DNA of 42,007 bases from Patescibacteria group bacterium (GCA_036266555.1 DATAMW010000043.1:1-42007); one strand, 5' to 3'. Numbered from the stretch's first letter, positions 1 through 8,296 are shown. Numbers and translations: made by a program. Notes: generated by a model from the sequence alone, not told the origin.

Positions 1-1
1 G

Positions 2-382
2 TTAGCGGCTCATGGTACCGCAACAGCGGCAATAGCAGCTAAGAATTTATATAGTAACCCCTTAGCTTCGTATTTTGAAAGCCAGCAAGACAAAATTTGG
101 ACGCAGAGAGATAAATATAACGATTCTATAAAAAGTGCAGAAAGGCACTGGGAGAAACATAAAGATGAATTCCCGGAGTTAAAAAATTCCAAGGAATATA
201 TACAGGCGGCCCATGAATTTTATAACAAAAATCCTGATGGAACTTTATATCGTTCTCTCGATAAAGGGCGAGAAGCATATTACAATCAAAAAAGTAATAA
301 CTTATTAATTTTGCAATCAGATGGACCAGCTACATTTATGAGGCCTACCAGTGGCATTAAGTACTTCAATAAACTTAAATAA
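2..382 (+). CDS. 3' end of a larger ORF; C-terminal toxin-like module of a putative polymorphic toxin (5' partial)
   Basis: Frame 2 is open from the window edge to TAA at 380-382. It is absent from the ORF track because it has no start in the window. Translation ends ...SIKSAERHWEKHKDEFPELKNSKEYIQAAHEFYNKNPDGTLYRSLDKGREAYYNQKSNNLLILQSDGPATFMRPTSGIKYFNKLK*. The product is Lys-rich and basic and the DNA is AT-rich. A small acidic ORF follows 4 nt later. The toxin family cannot be assigned by eye. Confidence 0.55.
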   Translation, partial: LAAHGTATAAIAAKNLYSNPLASYFESQQDKIWTQRDKYNDSIKSAERHWEKHKDEFPELKNSKEYIQAAHEFYNKNPDGTLYRSLDKGREAYYNQKSNNLLILQSDGPATFMRPTSGIKYFNKLK

Positions 383-386
383 TTAC

Positions 387-695
387 ATGATAAATCACAT
401 TGACATAGAAATATATATACAAATATTGAATGTGCCTGCATACGCTTTTGGTATGGAGAACTTCCAAAAAAAGACTTCCTTATCCCAAGATGAATTGGAA
501 AATCTCCTAAAGGAACTACATGATTGTAAAACTAATCCAGATAAAATATTTTCAATATCTTCATTTAAAAATCTCGCGGGGTATTGTTCGGTGGCCGTAG
601 AGATTATTGAAGATAAGGATGATATAGGAACTCTCACAGGGCATTCTTTAGAAGAAGTGTTGAAAGCAATTTCAAAATTAACTAATAGTAAATGA
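387..695 (+). CDS. small acidic protein, putative cognate immunity protein
   Basis: The first ATG (387) lies 4 nt after the upstream stop; the track ORF starts at a GTG at 351 inside the upstream gene. The ~102 aa product is D/E-rich (net charge about -8 by count) and the DNA is AT-rich. Its stop overlaps the next start (ATGA at 692-695). Confidence 0.5.
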   Translation: MINHIDIEIYIQILNVPAYAFGMENFQKKTSLSQDELENLLKELHDCKTNPDKIFSISSFKNLAGYCSVAVEIIEDKDDIGTLTGHSLEEVLKAISKLTNSK

Positions 696-1531
696 AAAAC
701 CTCAAAATTGCCCTAGTGGCAACAATCATGGGCTTGGCTACCTTGTTGGGCGCATTGGCTCCGCAAGTTGCTCAAGCAGATACGGTTTGGACCTCAGTAG
801 TCGTTGCTTCCAGCGCTCAAGTGCGATTTGAAGCTACTCCAACTGGTTACGATGCCTCCACGAATAAATATAAGTATCAGTTTGCTTGGCTAATGCCAGC
901 GCGTCGAACATATTCCTTCAAAATAGATGGCAATATGTATAATGGCAAGGTAACTAAAAATGGCGTTGTAGAAACTCCATATTGGTTTAGTCCTGACATT
1001 ACATACAACATCCAAATTTACGGTGCAGCAAATGGCCGCGGTGCTTTGGTGGCGCAGGGGAGTTTCTTAGCCCCTTCAATAGCATCACCTGTTCCTGCAA
1101 CAACAGAGCAATCTGAATTCGAATTCATGGCTAACTTCCTTTCGGATTATTATCGTGATGTACCAAAATTGTCTTCTAGAAAAGTTTCCAGTTCAATCGA
1201 TGTATTGGCACTCACACCATTATTAAACCGAATTGCAGCATCTAACACTTTTTCAGAATTAAAATCTGACTGGTCAAGTAAAACTACGGAATTATTAACA
1301 CAAACTCCAATTGCTTTGGCTAAAATGGATACCCAGGATCCAGATAGCCTTGTGGTTAAAGGGGAATATGTTGGAAAGCCTGTCATCTATAAAGGCAAGA
1401 TGAATGCATCGGTAATTGTGAAGATTACAGACAGTAAAAATACTATTCAAAAGTATCCCATGTTCTTCATTAAAGAAAATGGAGTTTGGAAAATTGATTT
1501 TATCGAAATGATTAGATTTTCATTAAAATAA
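692..1531 (+). CDS. secreted hypothetical protein (signal peptide; C-terminal NTF2/DUF4878-like feel)
   Basis: The N-terminus MKNLKIALVATIMGLATLLGALAPQVAQA looks like a Sec signal peptide with an AXA site. It is translationally coupled to the upstream ORF and followed by an intrinsic terminator. Confidence 0.7.
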   Translation: MKNLKIALVATIMGLATLLGALAPQVAQADTVWTSVVVASSAQVRFEATPTGYDASTNKYKYQFAWLMPARRTYSFKIDGNMYNGKVTKNGVVETPYWFSPDITYNIQIYGAANGRGALVAQGSFLAPSIASPVPATTEQSEFEFMANFLSDYYRDVPKLSSRKVSSSIDVLALTPLLNRIAASNTFSELKSDWSSKTTELLTQTPIALAKMDTQDPDSLVVKGEYVGKPVIYKGKMNASVIVKITDSKNTIQKYPMFFIKENGVWKIDFIEMIRFSLK

Positions 1532-1552
1532 ATAATTAAAGATTTCTCAAAA

Positions 1553-1575
1553 AAGCCCTCGCCCTGAGGGCTTTT
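1553..1575 (+). terminator. rho-independent terminator
   Basis: AAGCCCTC (1553-1560) / GAGGGCTT (1566-1573) form a stem with a 5-nt loop, followed by a T run. Confidence 0.8.
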
Positions 1576-1625
1576 AATAACCCCAAAAACCGCTTTAAAA
1601 CAATTTGGAAAACCCCACCCAAATA

Positions 1626-1634
1626 TGTTATAAT
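1626..1634 (+). promoter_or_regulatory. extended -10 promoter (TGtTATAAT) for the pil operon
   Basis: TG at 1626-1627 and TATAAT at 1629-1634, with a weak TTGGAA-like -35 about 18 nt upstream. Confidence 0.55.
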
Positions 1635-1645
1635 TATTTTGTAAT

Positions 1646-1753
1646 TTGCTTGTTTTGGAAGCAAGAATTGTTAGGAAAGGGGAGGGTCCGCAAACGCACG
1701 AGCAAGCCGAATGGCGCAGCGAGGAGTGCCCTCCCCGTGCTAATAATTCTTGC
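1646..1753 (+). promoter_or_regulatory. structured 5' leader of pilB (long helix plus competing hairpin)
   Basis: GCAAGAATT (1661-1669) pairs with AATTCTTGC (1745-1753). GTTAG (1670-1674) pairs with CTAAT (1740-1744). GGGGAGGG (1679-1686) pairs with CCCTCCCC (1729-1736). The alternative hairpin TTGCTT (1646-1651) / AAGCAA (1659-1664) uses part of the same 5' strand. Confidence 0.6.
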
Positions 1754-1782
1754 TTCATCAAACTAGGAAACAAACACAAAAA

Positions 1783-3540
1783 ATGATAACAGCTGAGCTA
1801 AACCAACTTCTTACCAAGAAGAAGGTAATTACAGACACAGCCCTCAAGACTTTAGATAAAGAATGGCTGACTGCGAAAGCCAAAACTCCCATCCCGTGGG
1901 AGGATTTTTTGCTTGATAAAAAAGCTTTAACCGAAGAACAACTCCTGAAAGTGAAGTCAGAGGAATTCAACGTGCCAATTGTGGACTTGCGCAACGAAGC
2001 CATGCCGCCGGAAATTTTGAACCTCGTTCCCGAGCCAATCGCGCGGCGCCACAAAGTGATCAGTTTTGCTAAAGACAAAGAAGGCCTGTCATTAGCTATG
2101 GTTGATCCAACTGACTTGCAGACTCGCGAGTTCATGAAGAAGAAAACTGGGCTGGAAGTAAAAGTATTTCTCATTGCCAAAACTTCCCTCGACGCCGGGC
2201 TCTCGAAATATCACACCAACCTCGAAGGTGAAATTAAGCACATGGTGCGCGAAGGCAAACCTGATGATCTAAAACTCGGTGGTGACGGCAGCTTAGACGA
2301 TGAACTAAAGAAAATGGCGGAAGAAATTCCGATCATTCGCGTCGTAGATACACTTTTAGAATACGCCGTAATCGAAAAAGCCTCGGACATTCACATTGAA
2401 CCACAGGAAAACGCAGTCTCTGTTCGCTACCGCATTGACGGCGTATTACACGACGCCATGACTCTTCCAAAAATGATCCAAGCAGCACTAGTGGCGCGCA
2501 TCAAAGTGTTAGCCAACTTAAAAATTGACGAACACAGACTGCCGCAAGATGGTCGTTACAAAATCGAAAAAGACGGCTACAAATTTTCTTTGCGCGTTTC
2601 TACCATTCCCATTTTCGATGGTGAAAAAGTCGTAATCCGTTTGCTCGACGAGTCCACTAAAGCCATGAGTTTTGAACAGCTTGGTTTCTTTAAAAGCCAA
2701 ATCGACATGGTCACGCGCAACATCCACAAACCGCACGGCATGATGCTTGTGACTGGCCCAACCGGCTCTGGAAAATCTACCACTCTGTACGCCGCACTGA
2801 CAATTTTAAACACCAAACTGGTGAACATTTCCACGATCGAAGATCCCGTTGAGTATCGTATTGTAGGTGCGAACCAAATGCAGGTTAATCCAAAAATCGG
2901 CCTGACCTTTGCCTTGGGCTTGCGCGCTCTTCTACGACAAGATCCAAACATCATTATGATTGGAGAAATCCGCGACAAAGAAACTGCGGAAGAAGCCATG
3001 CACGCAGCTATGACTGGTCATATCGTGCTGTCCACACTTCACACTAACTCAGCGGCCGCCGCGCCGCCGCGCATTGTTGATATTGGCATCGAACCATACT
3101 TAATCGCATCGACAATTAACGCCATTATGGCCCAGCGTTTGGTGCGCGTCATTTGCCCAGACTGTAAAGAGAAAATGGAATTAGAAGAAGCTATGGCTGG
3201 AGCTCTGGCCAAGCAATTTGATATGGACAAGTTAGTAGCAACTATCAATAGGGAAAATATTTTAGAAAAACAAATAAAATCTTTTGCAGACTTAGAATTT
3301 TTCCATGGCAAGGGTTGTGACAAATGCAGCAACACTGGTTACAAAGGCCGTATTGGTATCCATGAAATTTTAGAAAACACACCAGAAATTCAAGAGCTCA
3401 TTGTAAAACGTTCCACTAGTTTAGAAATTCAAGATGAAGCCGAAAAGCAAGGCATGATTTTGATGTGGCAAGATGGCTTTCTAAAAGCCGCTCAGGGGAT
3501 CACTACGATTGAAGAAATTTTGCGCGTTACTAAAGAATAA
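1783..3540 (+). CDS. pilB: type IV pilus assembly ATPase PilB (GspE/PulE family)
   Basis: Walker A GPTGSGKST, the GspE-type Asp/His boxes and a C-terminal CxxC...CxxC cluster (CPDC...CDKC). The start is set at ATG 1783 (MITAELNQ...) rather than the track's TTG at 1750, which lies inside the leader helix. Confidence 0.95.
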   Translation: MITAELNQLLTKKKVITDTALKTLDKEWLTAKAKTPIPWEDFLLDKKALTEEQLLKVKSEEFNVPIVDLRNEAMPPEILNLVPEPIARRHKVISFAKDKEGLSLAMVDPTDLQTREFMKKKTGLEVKVFLIAKTSLDAGLSKYHTNLEGEIKHMVREGKPDDLKLGGDGSLDDELKKMAEEIPIIRVVDTLLEYAVIEKASDIHIEPQENAVSVRYRIDGVLHDAMTLPKMIQAALVARIKVLANLKIDEHRLPQDGRYKIEKDGYKFSLRVSTIPIFDGEKVVIRLLDESTKAMSFEQLGFFKSQIDMVTRNIHKPHGMMLVTGPTGSGKSTTLYAALTILNTKLVNISTIEDPVEYRIVGANQMQVNPKIGLTFALGLRALLRQDPNIIMIGEIRDKETAEEAMHAAMTGHIVLSTLHTNSAAAAPPRIVDIGIEPYLIASTINAIMAQRLVRVICPDCKEKMELEEAMAGALAKQFDMDKLVATINRENILEKQIKSFADLEFFHGKGCDKCSNTGYKGRIGIHEILENTPEIQELIVKRSTSLEIQDEAEKQGMILMWQDGFLKAAQGITTIEEILRVTKE

Positions 3541-3542
3541 CT

Positions 3543-4754
3543 ATGTCATTATTTACTTATTCAGCAGCATCAAAAACCGGCAACACTGAAACTGGCACAG
3601 TAGAGGCAGCTAATTTGTTGGCAGCTGGTCATATTTTAAAAGAGCAAGGATTAATTCCTCTCGATTTAGTAGAAAAAAAGCAGCGCGACTTTACCGCTTT
3701 TTTTGTGGGATTAACTTCGGTGCCGTTGAAAGAAAAAATTGCCTTCATTCAAAACTTAGACTTGCTGCTTAAGTCTGGCGTGTCTGCACCGCGGGCAATG
3801 CGCATCATTGCTAAACAAACTGGGAATAAAAAATTCAAGAACACGGTGACAACTATGGCAGCGAACGTCGAAGCAGGGAAGAGTATGCACGAAACTATGG
3901 CTGAGTTTCCTAAAATCTTTTCCCACATTTTTGTGAGCATGGTGGAAGTGGGGGAAATTTCTGGTAACCTGGAAAAGAGTTTGGAATATTTGCGCATCCA
4001 ATTGCAGCGTGAAGCAGATTTAAAATCCAAAACCAAAGGCGCCATGATTTACCCAGGAGTAATTATTTCTGCCATGGTTCTAATTGGTATTGCGTTAGCC
4101 ATTTTTGTGCTGCCTAGCCTGACTGCCACTTTTAAAGATTTTGATACTAAACTGCCGATTTCCACCAAAATTGTCATTGCTTTTTCCGATTTTATGGCTG
4201 GCCATTCAGTCCTGGTTATTGGCGGATTAATTGGCTTAGTTATCGCAGTTATTGCCATTATGCGCACAGGCCCTGGGAAGCGCGGCCTGGACTGGTTTTT
4301 GCTCCACATGCCACTTATTAGCCCAGTGGTAAAAAAGATCAATATGGCCCGTTTTTCGCGTATCCTGGGCTCTTTGATGAAGTCTGGCATCTCAGTTGTG
4401 CAGGGTTTAACTGTTACCAGTGAGGCCATGGATAATGTCTATTACCGAGAAGTTTTAGCCCAAGCTGCGGAATCGGTAAAAGTAGGAAAACCTGTGACCG
4501 AAGCGTTGTCTGAACACAGCAGACTATTTCCGTTTATTGTTACTCAAATGTTGTCCATTGGGGAAGAAACCGGCAACCTGGAAAATATTTTAGATCAACT
4601 TGCAGAACATTTTGAAGCAGAAGTTGATGATACCATGAAGAACATGTCCTCGATTATTGAACCGTTGTTGCTATTAGTCATTGGTGGGGTGGTTGGCTTC
4701 TTGGCTTTGGCGTTAATCAGTCCGATTTATAATATCAGTAATAGCATTAGTTAG
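3543..4754 (+). CDS. pilC: type IV pilus platform protein PilC (GspF family)
   Basis: 403 aa polytopic membrane protein with the duplicated GspF domain architecture, starting 2 nt after pilB. Confidence 0.93.
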   Translation: MSLFTYSAASKTGNTETGTVEAANLLAAGHILKEQGLIPLDLVEKKQRDFTAFFVGLTSVPLKEKIAFIQNLDLLLKSGVSAPRAMRIIAKQTGNKKFKNTVTTMAANVEAGKSMHETMAEFPKIFSHIFVSMVEVGEISGNLEKSLEYLRIQLQREADLKSKTKGAMIYPGVIISAMVLIGIALAIFVLPSLTATFKDFDTKLPISTKIVIAFSDFMAGHSVLVIGGLIGLVIAVIAIMRTGPGKRGLDWFLLHMPLISPVVKKINMARFSRILGSLMKSGISVVQGLTVTSEAMDNVYYREVLAQAAESVKVGKPVTEALSEHSRLFPFIVTQMLSIGEETGNLENILDQLAEHFEAEVDDTMKNMSSIIEPLLLLVIGGVVGFLALALISPIYNISNSIS

Positions 4755-4756
4755 GG

Positions 4757-4765
4757 TGCTATAAT
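4757..4765 (+). promoter_or_regulatory. extended -10 box (TGcTATAAT) 8 nt upstream of the pilM ATG; possible internal leaderless promoter
   Basis: TG at 4757-4758, TATAAT at 4760-4765, ATG at 4774. Confidence 0.45.
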
Positions 4766-4773
4766 TTAGTTAG

Positions 4774-5850
4774 ATGAAACTTCCATTTAAATTCAATTTC
4801 AATCCGTTTGAAAAAAAATATCAGTACATTGGTTTGCACATTAATGCGCACGCCATTAAGGCGTTGCAATTTGAACGCAAGCGCGGGCGCACTTCTTTGC
4901 GTGGGTATGTTAACGCTGCTTTACCAAAAGGGTTAATGACCAATGACGCATTTACAGATAAACATAAACTAGCAGATTTTATCAAACTAACTTTAGCTAG
5001 TCCGCAGCAAGGCAGTTTTAATACCAACAGAGTGGTAGTGTGTGTGCCAGAATCAAAGTCATTCATTCGTGTGATGGAAATGCCTTTAGTAGATGAAGCG
5101 AAAGCTGAGAACGCAATCATGTTTGAAGCCGAGGCTTACATTCCAATGCCAATGGATCAAGTTTATTTTGATTGGCAGATTATTTCTAAATCAGCCAAGA
5201 CTATGAGTGTGCTAGTGATTGCTTCACCAAAAGAATATGTAGACACGATTACACAATTAATCGAAGATGCTGGTTTAAAGTTGTGCGCAGTAGAAGTTGA
5301 AGCGCAAAGTGTGACTCGCGCGCTAGTGCCTCAGGCTGTTGATGAACCAGTTCTGTTAGTAGACATGGATGCGTTTAAAACCGCTATGATTATTGTAGAA
5401 AATAATGTGCTGCAATTTACTTCGTCTGTGCCAGTGGCTGGTGATGTGTTTACAGAAAAGCTCGCCCAAACTTTAGCTATCAAACCAGAAGAAGCTGAGA
5501 AGCTTAAGCGCGAAGTTGGCTTAGCAAACACTGTGAAGTATCCGGAGTTAAAGAGTGCGTTAATGCCTGGCGTAACAGACATGGCTGCAGAAATTAAAAA
5601 TGTATTGAAGTTTCATTACGATCATTCGGAATCGCATGTTAATCAGATTTTACTAACTGGCGGCGGTGCTAAACTGCAGCATATTGGTGAAGTACTGCCA
5701 GCATTGCTGGAGCAGTATGCGCCTTTAACTGTCACTGTGGCGAATCCGCTTGAGCATTTACCGAACTTAGAGCATTCACCATTAACGCCTTATGAAGCGC
5801 TGAGTTTCACTACAGCGATTGGTTTGGCAATGTGGGGGATTCAGGAATGA
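4774..5850 (+). CDS. pilM: type IV pilus assembly protein PilM (actin-like ATPase fold)
   Basis: 358 aa with PilM-like sequence and position, translationally coupled to pilN (ATGA at 5847-5850). Confidence 0.88.
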   Translation: MKLPFKFNFNPFEKKYQYIGLHINAHAIKALQFERKRGRTSLRGYVNAALPKGLMTNDAFTDKHKLADFIKLTLASPQQGSFNTNRVVVCVPESKSFIRVMEMPLVDEAKAENAIMFEAEAYIPMPMDQVYFDWQIISKSAKTMSVLVIASPKEYVDTITQLIEDAGLKLCAVEVEAQSVTRALVPQAVDEPVLLVDMDAFKTAMIIVENNVLQFTSSVPVAGDVFTEKLAQTLAIKPEEAEKLKREVGLANTVKYPELKSALMPGVTDMAAEIKNVLKFHYDHSESHVNQILLTGGGAKLQHIGEVLPALLEQYAPLTVTVANPLEHLPNLEHSPLTPYEALSFTTAIGLAMWGIQE

Positions 5851-6416
5851 AGAGAATTAATTTATTACCAAAGCCAAAGCAACGCGAGTTAGCTGGCGAG
5901 CGCGTCTTGTATGGTTTCACTGTGACTATAATTATCTCTGTGGTTATTTTGCTACTTGGAGCCCTGGTGCAGTTTGGGGTGTGGGCGTATTTAAACCAAA
6001 AAGTTAAGTCCAGTGAAGTCCAAATTGAACAGCTTAAGCGCGTGGCTAGCAAGAGCGAAAACGCTGAAATCAAAGGCCAGATTATTAAAGTTAATGGCGT
6101 GCTGCAGGATTTCACTACTTTACTTAACAAATCTCCGCAGTGGTCTGTGGTGCTAACCGCTTTTGTAAAAGATGTTCCGAATGGCGTGCGCATTACAGAA
6201 TTAGATGCAGATGCCACAAAGAAAGAAGTCTCCATTAGTGGCTTTAGTCCAACTCGCGACGCTGTGATCGATTTGTATAACAGCATCAATGCTGACAAAG
6301 ATCATTTTATTAATATCAATTATCCATTAGAGAATGTTACTCAGCCAACTGATGTAAAGTTTAACTTTACTTTTAATATTGCCGATGGCGTACTGTCGAA
6401 GGGAGATGCCAAATGA
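5847..6416 (+). CDS. pilN: PilN-like bitopic pilus alignment protein
   Basis: N-terminus MKRINLLPKPKQRE followed by one TM helix, which is the PilN hallmark. The start is set at the ATG overlapping the pilM stop. Confidence 0.85.
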   Translation: MKRINLLPKPKQRELAGERVLYGFTVTIIISVVILLLGALVQFGVWAYLNQKVKSSEVQIEQLKRVASKSENAEIKGQIIKVNGVLQDFTTLLNKSPQWSVVLTAFVKDVPNGVRITELDADATKKEVSISGFSPTRDAVIDLYNSINADKDHFININYPLENVTQPTDVKFNFTFNIADGVLSKGDAK

Positions 6417-6964
6417 ACAAATTAAACAGTCGAATGAAAGCCATAATTTTAGGGGTAGCGTTTATTATCTTTACGCTGTTCATGTTTTTCTATGGATACG
6501 GAATTATGGGTGCACGTAACCAACAACTGGCTGACACAATTGCGCAGCGAAATGTAGAACTAGAAGTGTTGCAGCGCGAACAAAAAAGTTTTGAACAAGG
6601 CAAAAAAGATTTGGCTATTTTGGATAAGTCTCAGTACCGTCCATCTGATTTGTTTAACAGCGACACAAAAGTGGTTAAAGAAATTCAGCAACTGGAATCC
6701 GCAGCGCAGCGCTATGGAGTGGATTTGAAGATCTCAGTCAGCGGTTCTGTGAAAGATGCAAAAAAGTTAGAAGGCAAGAATAGCGAGTTGTATGCAATCC
6801 CTTATGTGGTTAATTTGAAAGGCCCAATTGATAACACTCTCATGTTTATCCAATCTTTAGAACGCATGCCATTTGCTAGCTATGCTCACAATTTGACTAT
6901 GCATGTTGTCGAAGATGATATTGTTATGACTACTATTACCTCAGAATTCTATATAAAGAAATGA
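6413..6964 (+). CDS. pilO: PilO-like bitopic protein (TM plus coiled coil)
   Basis: 183 aa with an N-terminal TM helix, then a coiled-coil segment and a C-terminal domain. ATGA overlaps occur at both ends. Confidence 0.65.
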   Translation: MNKLNSRMKAIILGVAFIIFTLFMFFYGYGIMGARNQQLADTIAQRNVELEVLQREQKSFEQGKKDLAILDKSQYRPSDLFNSDTKVVKEIQQLESAAQRYGVDLKISVSGSVKDAKKLEGKNSELYAIPYVVNLKGPIDNTLMFIQSLERMPFASYAHNLTMHVVEDDIVMTTITSEFYIKK

Positions 6965-7278
6965 AACTAAAATTTAATTTTAAATTTAATAAACTATCTG
7001 GGTCCAGTTTGCCGAAAGTCAAATTGAGCGTGGTGCTGTGGGTAGTCATTGGTATAGTGGCTGTACTCAGTGGCCTAGTGATTTTTAAAGAAGTGCGTAA
7101 AGTCACTTCTGTTCAAACTGATAACTCGGCAATTTTTGATCGCATTGTTCGGGTCAATTTGAATCAGTTTAAAGATTTGGAAAATAAGTTAGGGGAGAAT
7201 AGCAGTTTTCAACCAGTGATAATTCCTGGTGCAAACGCTTTCAGTACTCCACCTGCTGCAGCTCAATCAACTGAGTAG
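6961..7278 (+). CDS. small single-TM protein, last gene of the pil operon (PilP-position, unassigned)
   Basis: 105 aa with one TM helix. Its start overlaps the stop of the pilO-like gene. Confidence 0.6.
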   Translation: MKLKFNFKFNKLSGSSLPKVKLSVVLWVVIGIVAVLSGLVIFKEVRKVTSVQTDNSAIFDRIVRVNLNQFKDLENKLGENSSFQPVIIPGANAFSTPPAAAQSTE

Positions 7279-7292
7279 GTAGCTGTATAGGG

Positions 7293-7321
7293 TTGATTTT
7301 TCAGCCCGTTTTTGATATACT
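7293..7321 (+). promoter_or_regulatory. sigma70-type promoter for tRNA-Lys
   Basis: TTGATT (7293-7298), a 17-nt spacer, then TATACT (7316-7321). Confidence 0.7.
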
Positions 7322-7351
7322 TTTCTTTGTACAACATTTCCATAACTTTTT

Positions 7352-7427
7352 GGATCGGTAGCTCAGTTGGTAGAGCAGGAGACTCTTAATCTCTTTGTCG
7401 CGGGTTCGAATCCCGCCCGGTCCACCA
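7352..7427 (+). tRNA. tRNA-Lys (anticodon CTT), CCA encoded
   Basis: Hand-folded cloverleaf: acceptor GGATCGG/CCGGTCC, D arm GCTC/GAGC, anticodon loop CTCTTAA, T arm GCGGG-TTCGAAT-CCCGC, 3' ACCA. Confidence 0.93.
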
Positions 7428-7431
7428 AAAA

Positions 7432-7454
7432 ACACCCCAACCGGGGTGTTTTTA
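7432..7454. terminator. bidirectional intrinsic terminator
   Basis: ACACCCC-AACC-GGGGTGT, flanked by an A run upstream and a T run downstream. It lies between tRNA-Lys and the convergent nucleotidyltransferase gene. Confidence 0.85.
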
Positions 7455-7461
7455 AATTTGT

Positions 7462-8142
7462 TTATTTCTGCGCCAGCTTCCGCACGTAATAGCCATCTGC
7501 GAAAATGTGTTGGGCTGGAGTACCAACTGGGAACCAGTGAGTGGCCGGCACAACCATGACTTTTTCATGCTGAGCAATGTTTACCAAAGTGTGGGGCAAA
7601 CTGTATTCCGTTTTATCATGTACAGTAACTTCGGCCAATGGATCTTTAAAGAAATCTTTTGTTAAATGATAGGCGCCGCAATTCAGCAACGCAGACTTTG
7701 GATCAAAACCCACGAGCTGCATATCTTCGGTCACGCTCAAACCAAATGGATACGGCACAGTGCTTTCCCAACCTAAAATGCTGTATGGATATTTTAGCAG
7801 TTCAGTTAAATCATCTTTAGAGTAAAGGTCATCTCCATTTACTACTAAGAAATTTTGTTCTACTAAATCTTTGGCTTGCAAAAGGGCATCGCCAGTGCCA
7901 AGCAAAGTTTCCTGCACTACATATTTAATTGGCTTACCGTTCCACTCATTGCCAAGGTAGTCTTGAATCTGCTGACCAAGATAACCAATGACCACAATAA
8001 TTTCCGTGATGCTATCTGGCAAAGTTTCCAAAGTGTACTTTAGAAGAGGCTTGTTAGCAATGGGAATGAGCGGTTTCGGATGCTTCTCTGTGAACGGACG
8101 AAGTCGCAGGCCTTTTCCTGCGGCAAGAATAACTGCTTGCAT
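7462..8142 (-). CDS. sugar-phosphate nucleotidyltransferase (NTP_transferase family)
   Basis: The N-terminus MQAVILAAGKGLRLRPFTEKHPKPLIPI carries the canonical G-x-G-x-R nucleotidyltransferase motif. The start is set at 8142; the track's longer ORF would run into the tRNA. Confidence 0.88.
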   Translation of the reverse strand: MQAVILAAGKGLRLRPFTEKHPKPLIPIANKPLLKYTLETLPDSITEIIVVIGYLGQQIQDYLGNEWNGKPIKYVVQETLLGTGDALLQAKDLVEQNFLVVNGDDLYSKDDLTELLKYPYSILGWESTVPYPFGLSVTEDMQLVGFDPKSALLNCGAYHLTKDFFKDPLAEVTVHDKTEYSLPHTLVNIAQHEKVMVVPATHWFPVGTPAQHIFADGYYVRKLAQK

Positions 8143-8197
8143 ATATGTATAGTTAAATTCGGGCTTTGTTAGATAAAGGAAAGATAAAATAAAATGC

Positions 8198-8274
8198 TGG
8201 TGCACCCGGCAGGACTTGAACCTACAACCTCCCGGTTCGAAGCCGGACGCTCTATCCAGTTGAGCTACGGGTGC
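8198..8274 (-). tRNA. tRNA-Arg (anticodon TCG), CCA encoded
   Basis: The reverse complement folds as GCACCCG-TA-GCTC-AACTGGATA-GAGC-G-TCCGG-CTTCGAA-CCGGG-AGGTT-GTAGG-TTCAAGT-CCTGC-CGGGTGC-ACCA. Confidence 0.92.
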
Positions 8275-8296
8275 TTAATTTCAGCGTAACTGACTT

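Noticed and set aside
1679-1736. c-di-GMP (GEMM-I) riboswitch in the pilB leader: ACGCACGAGCAAGCC resembles the ACGCACAGGGCAAACC segment of the Vc2 aptamer.
   Set aside because: Only one short segment is similar. The element is too short for the two-hairpin GEMM-I architecture, and I cannot find the second GACGCAAAGCC-type motif or the tetraloop/receptor pair. It is kept only as an untested idea under the leader finding.
1447-1779. 110-aa minus-strand ORF across the pilB leader.
   Set aside because: It lies antisense to a terminator, a promoter and the structured leader. It has no SD or promoter and a Cys/Ser/Phe-rich nonsense-like composition. It is a shadow ORF.
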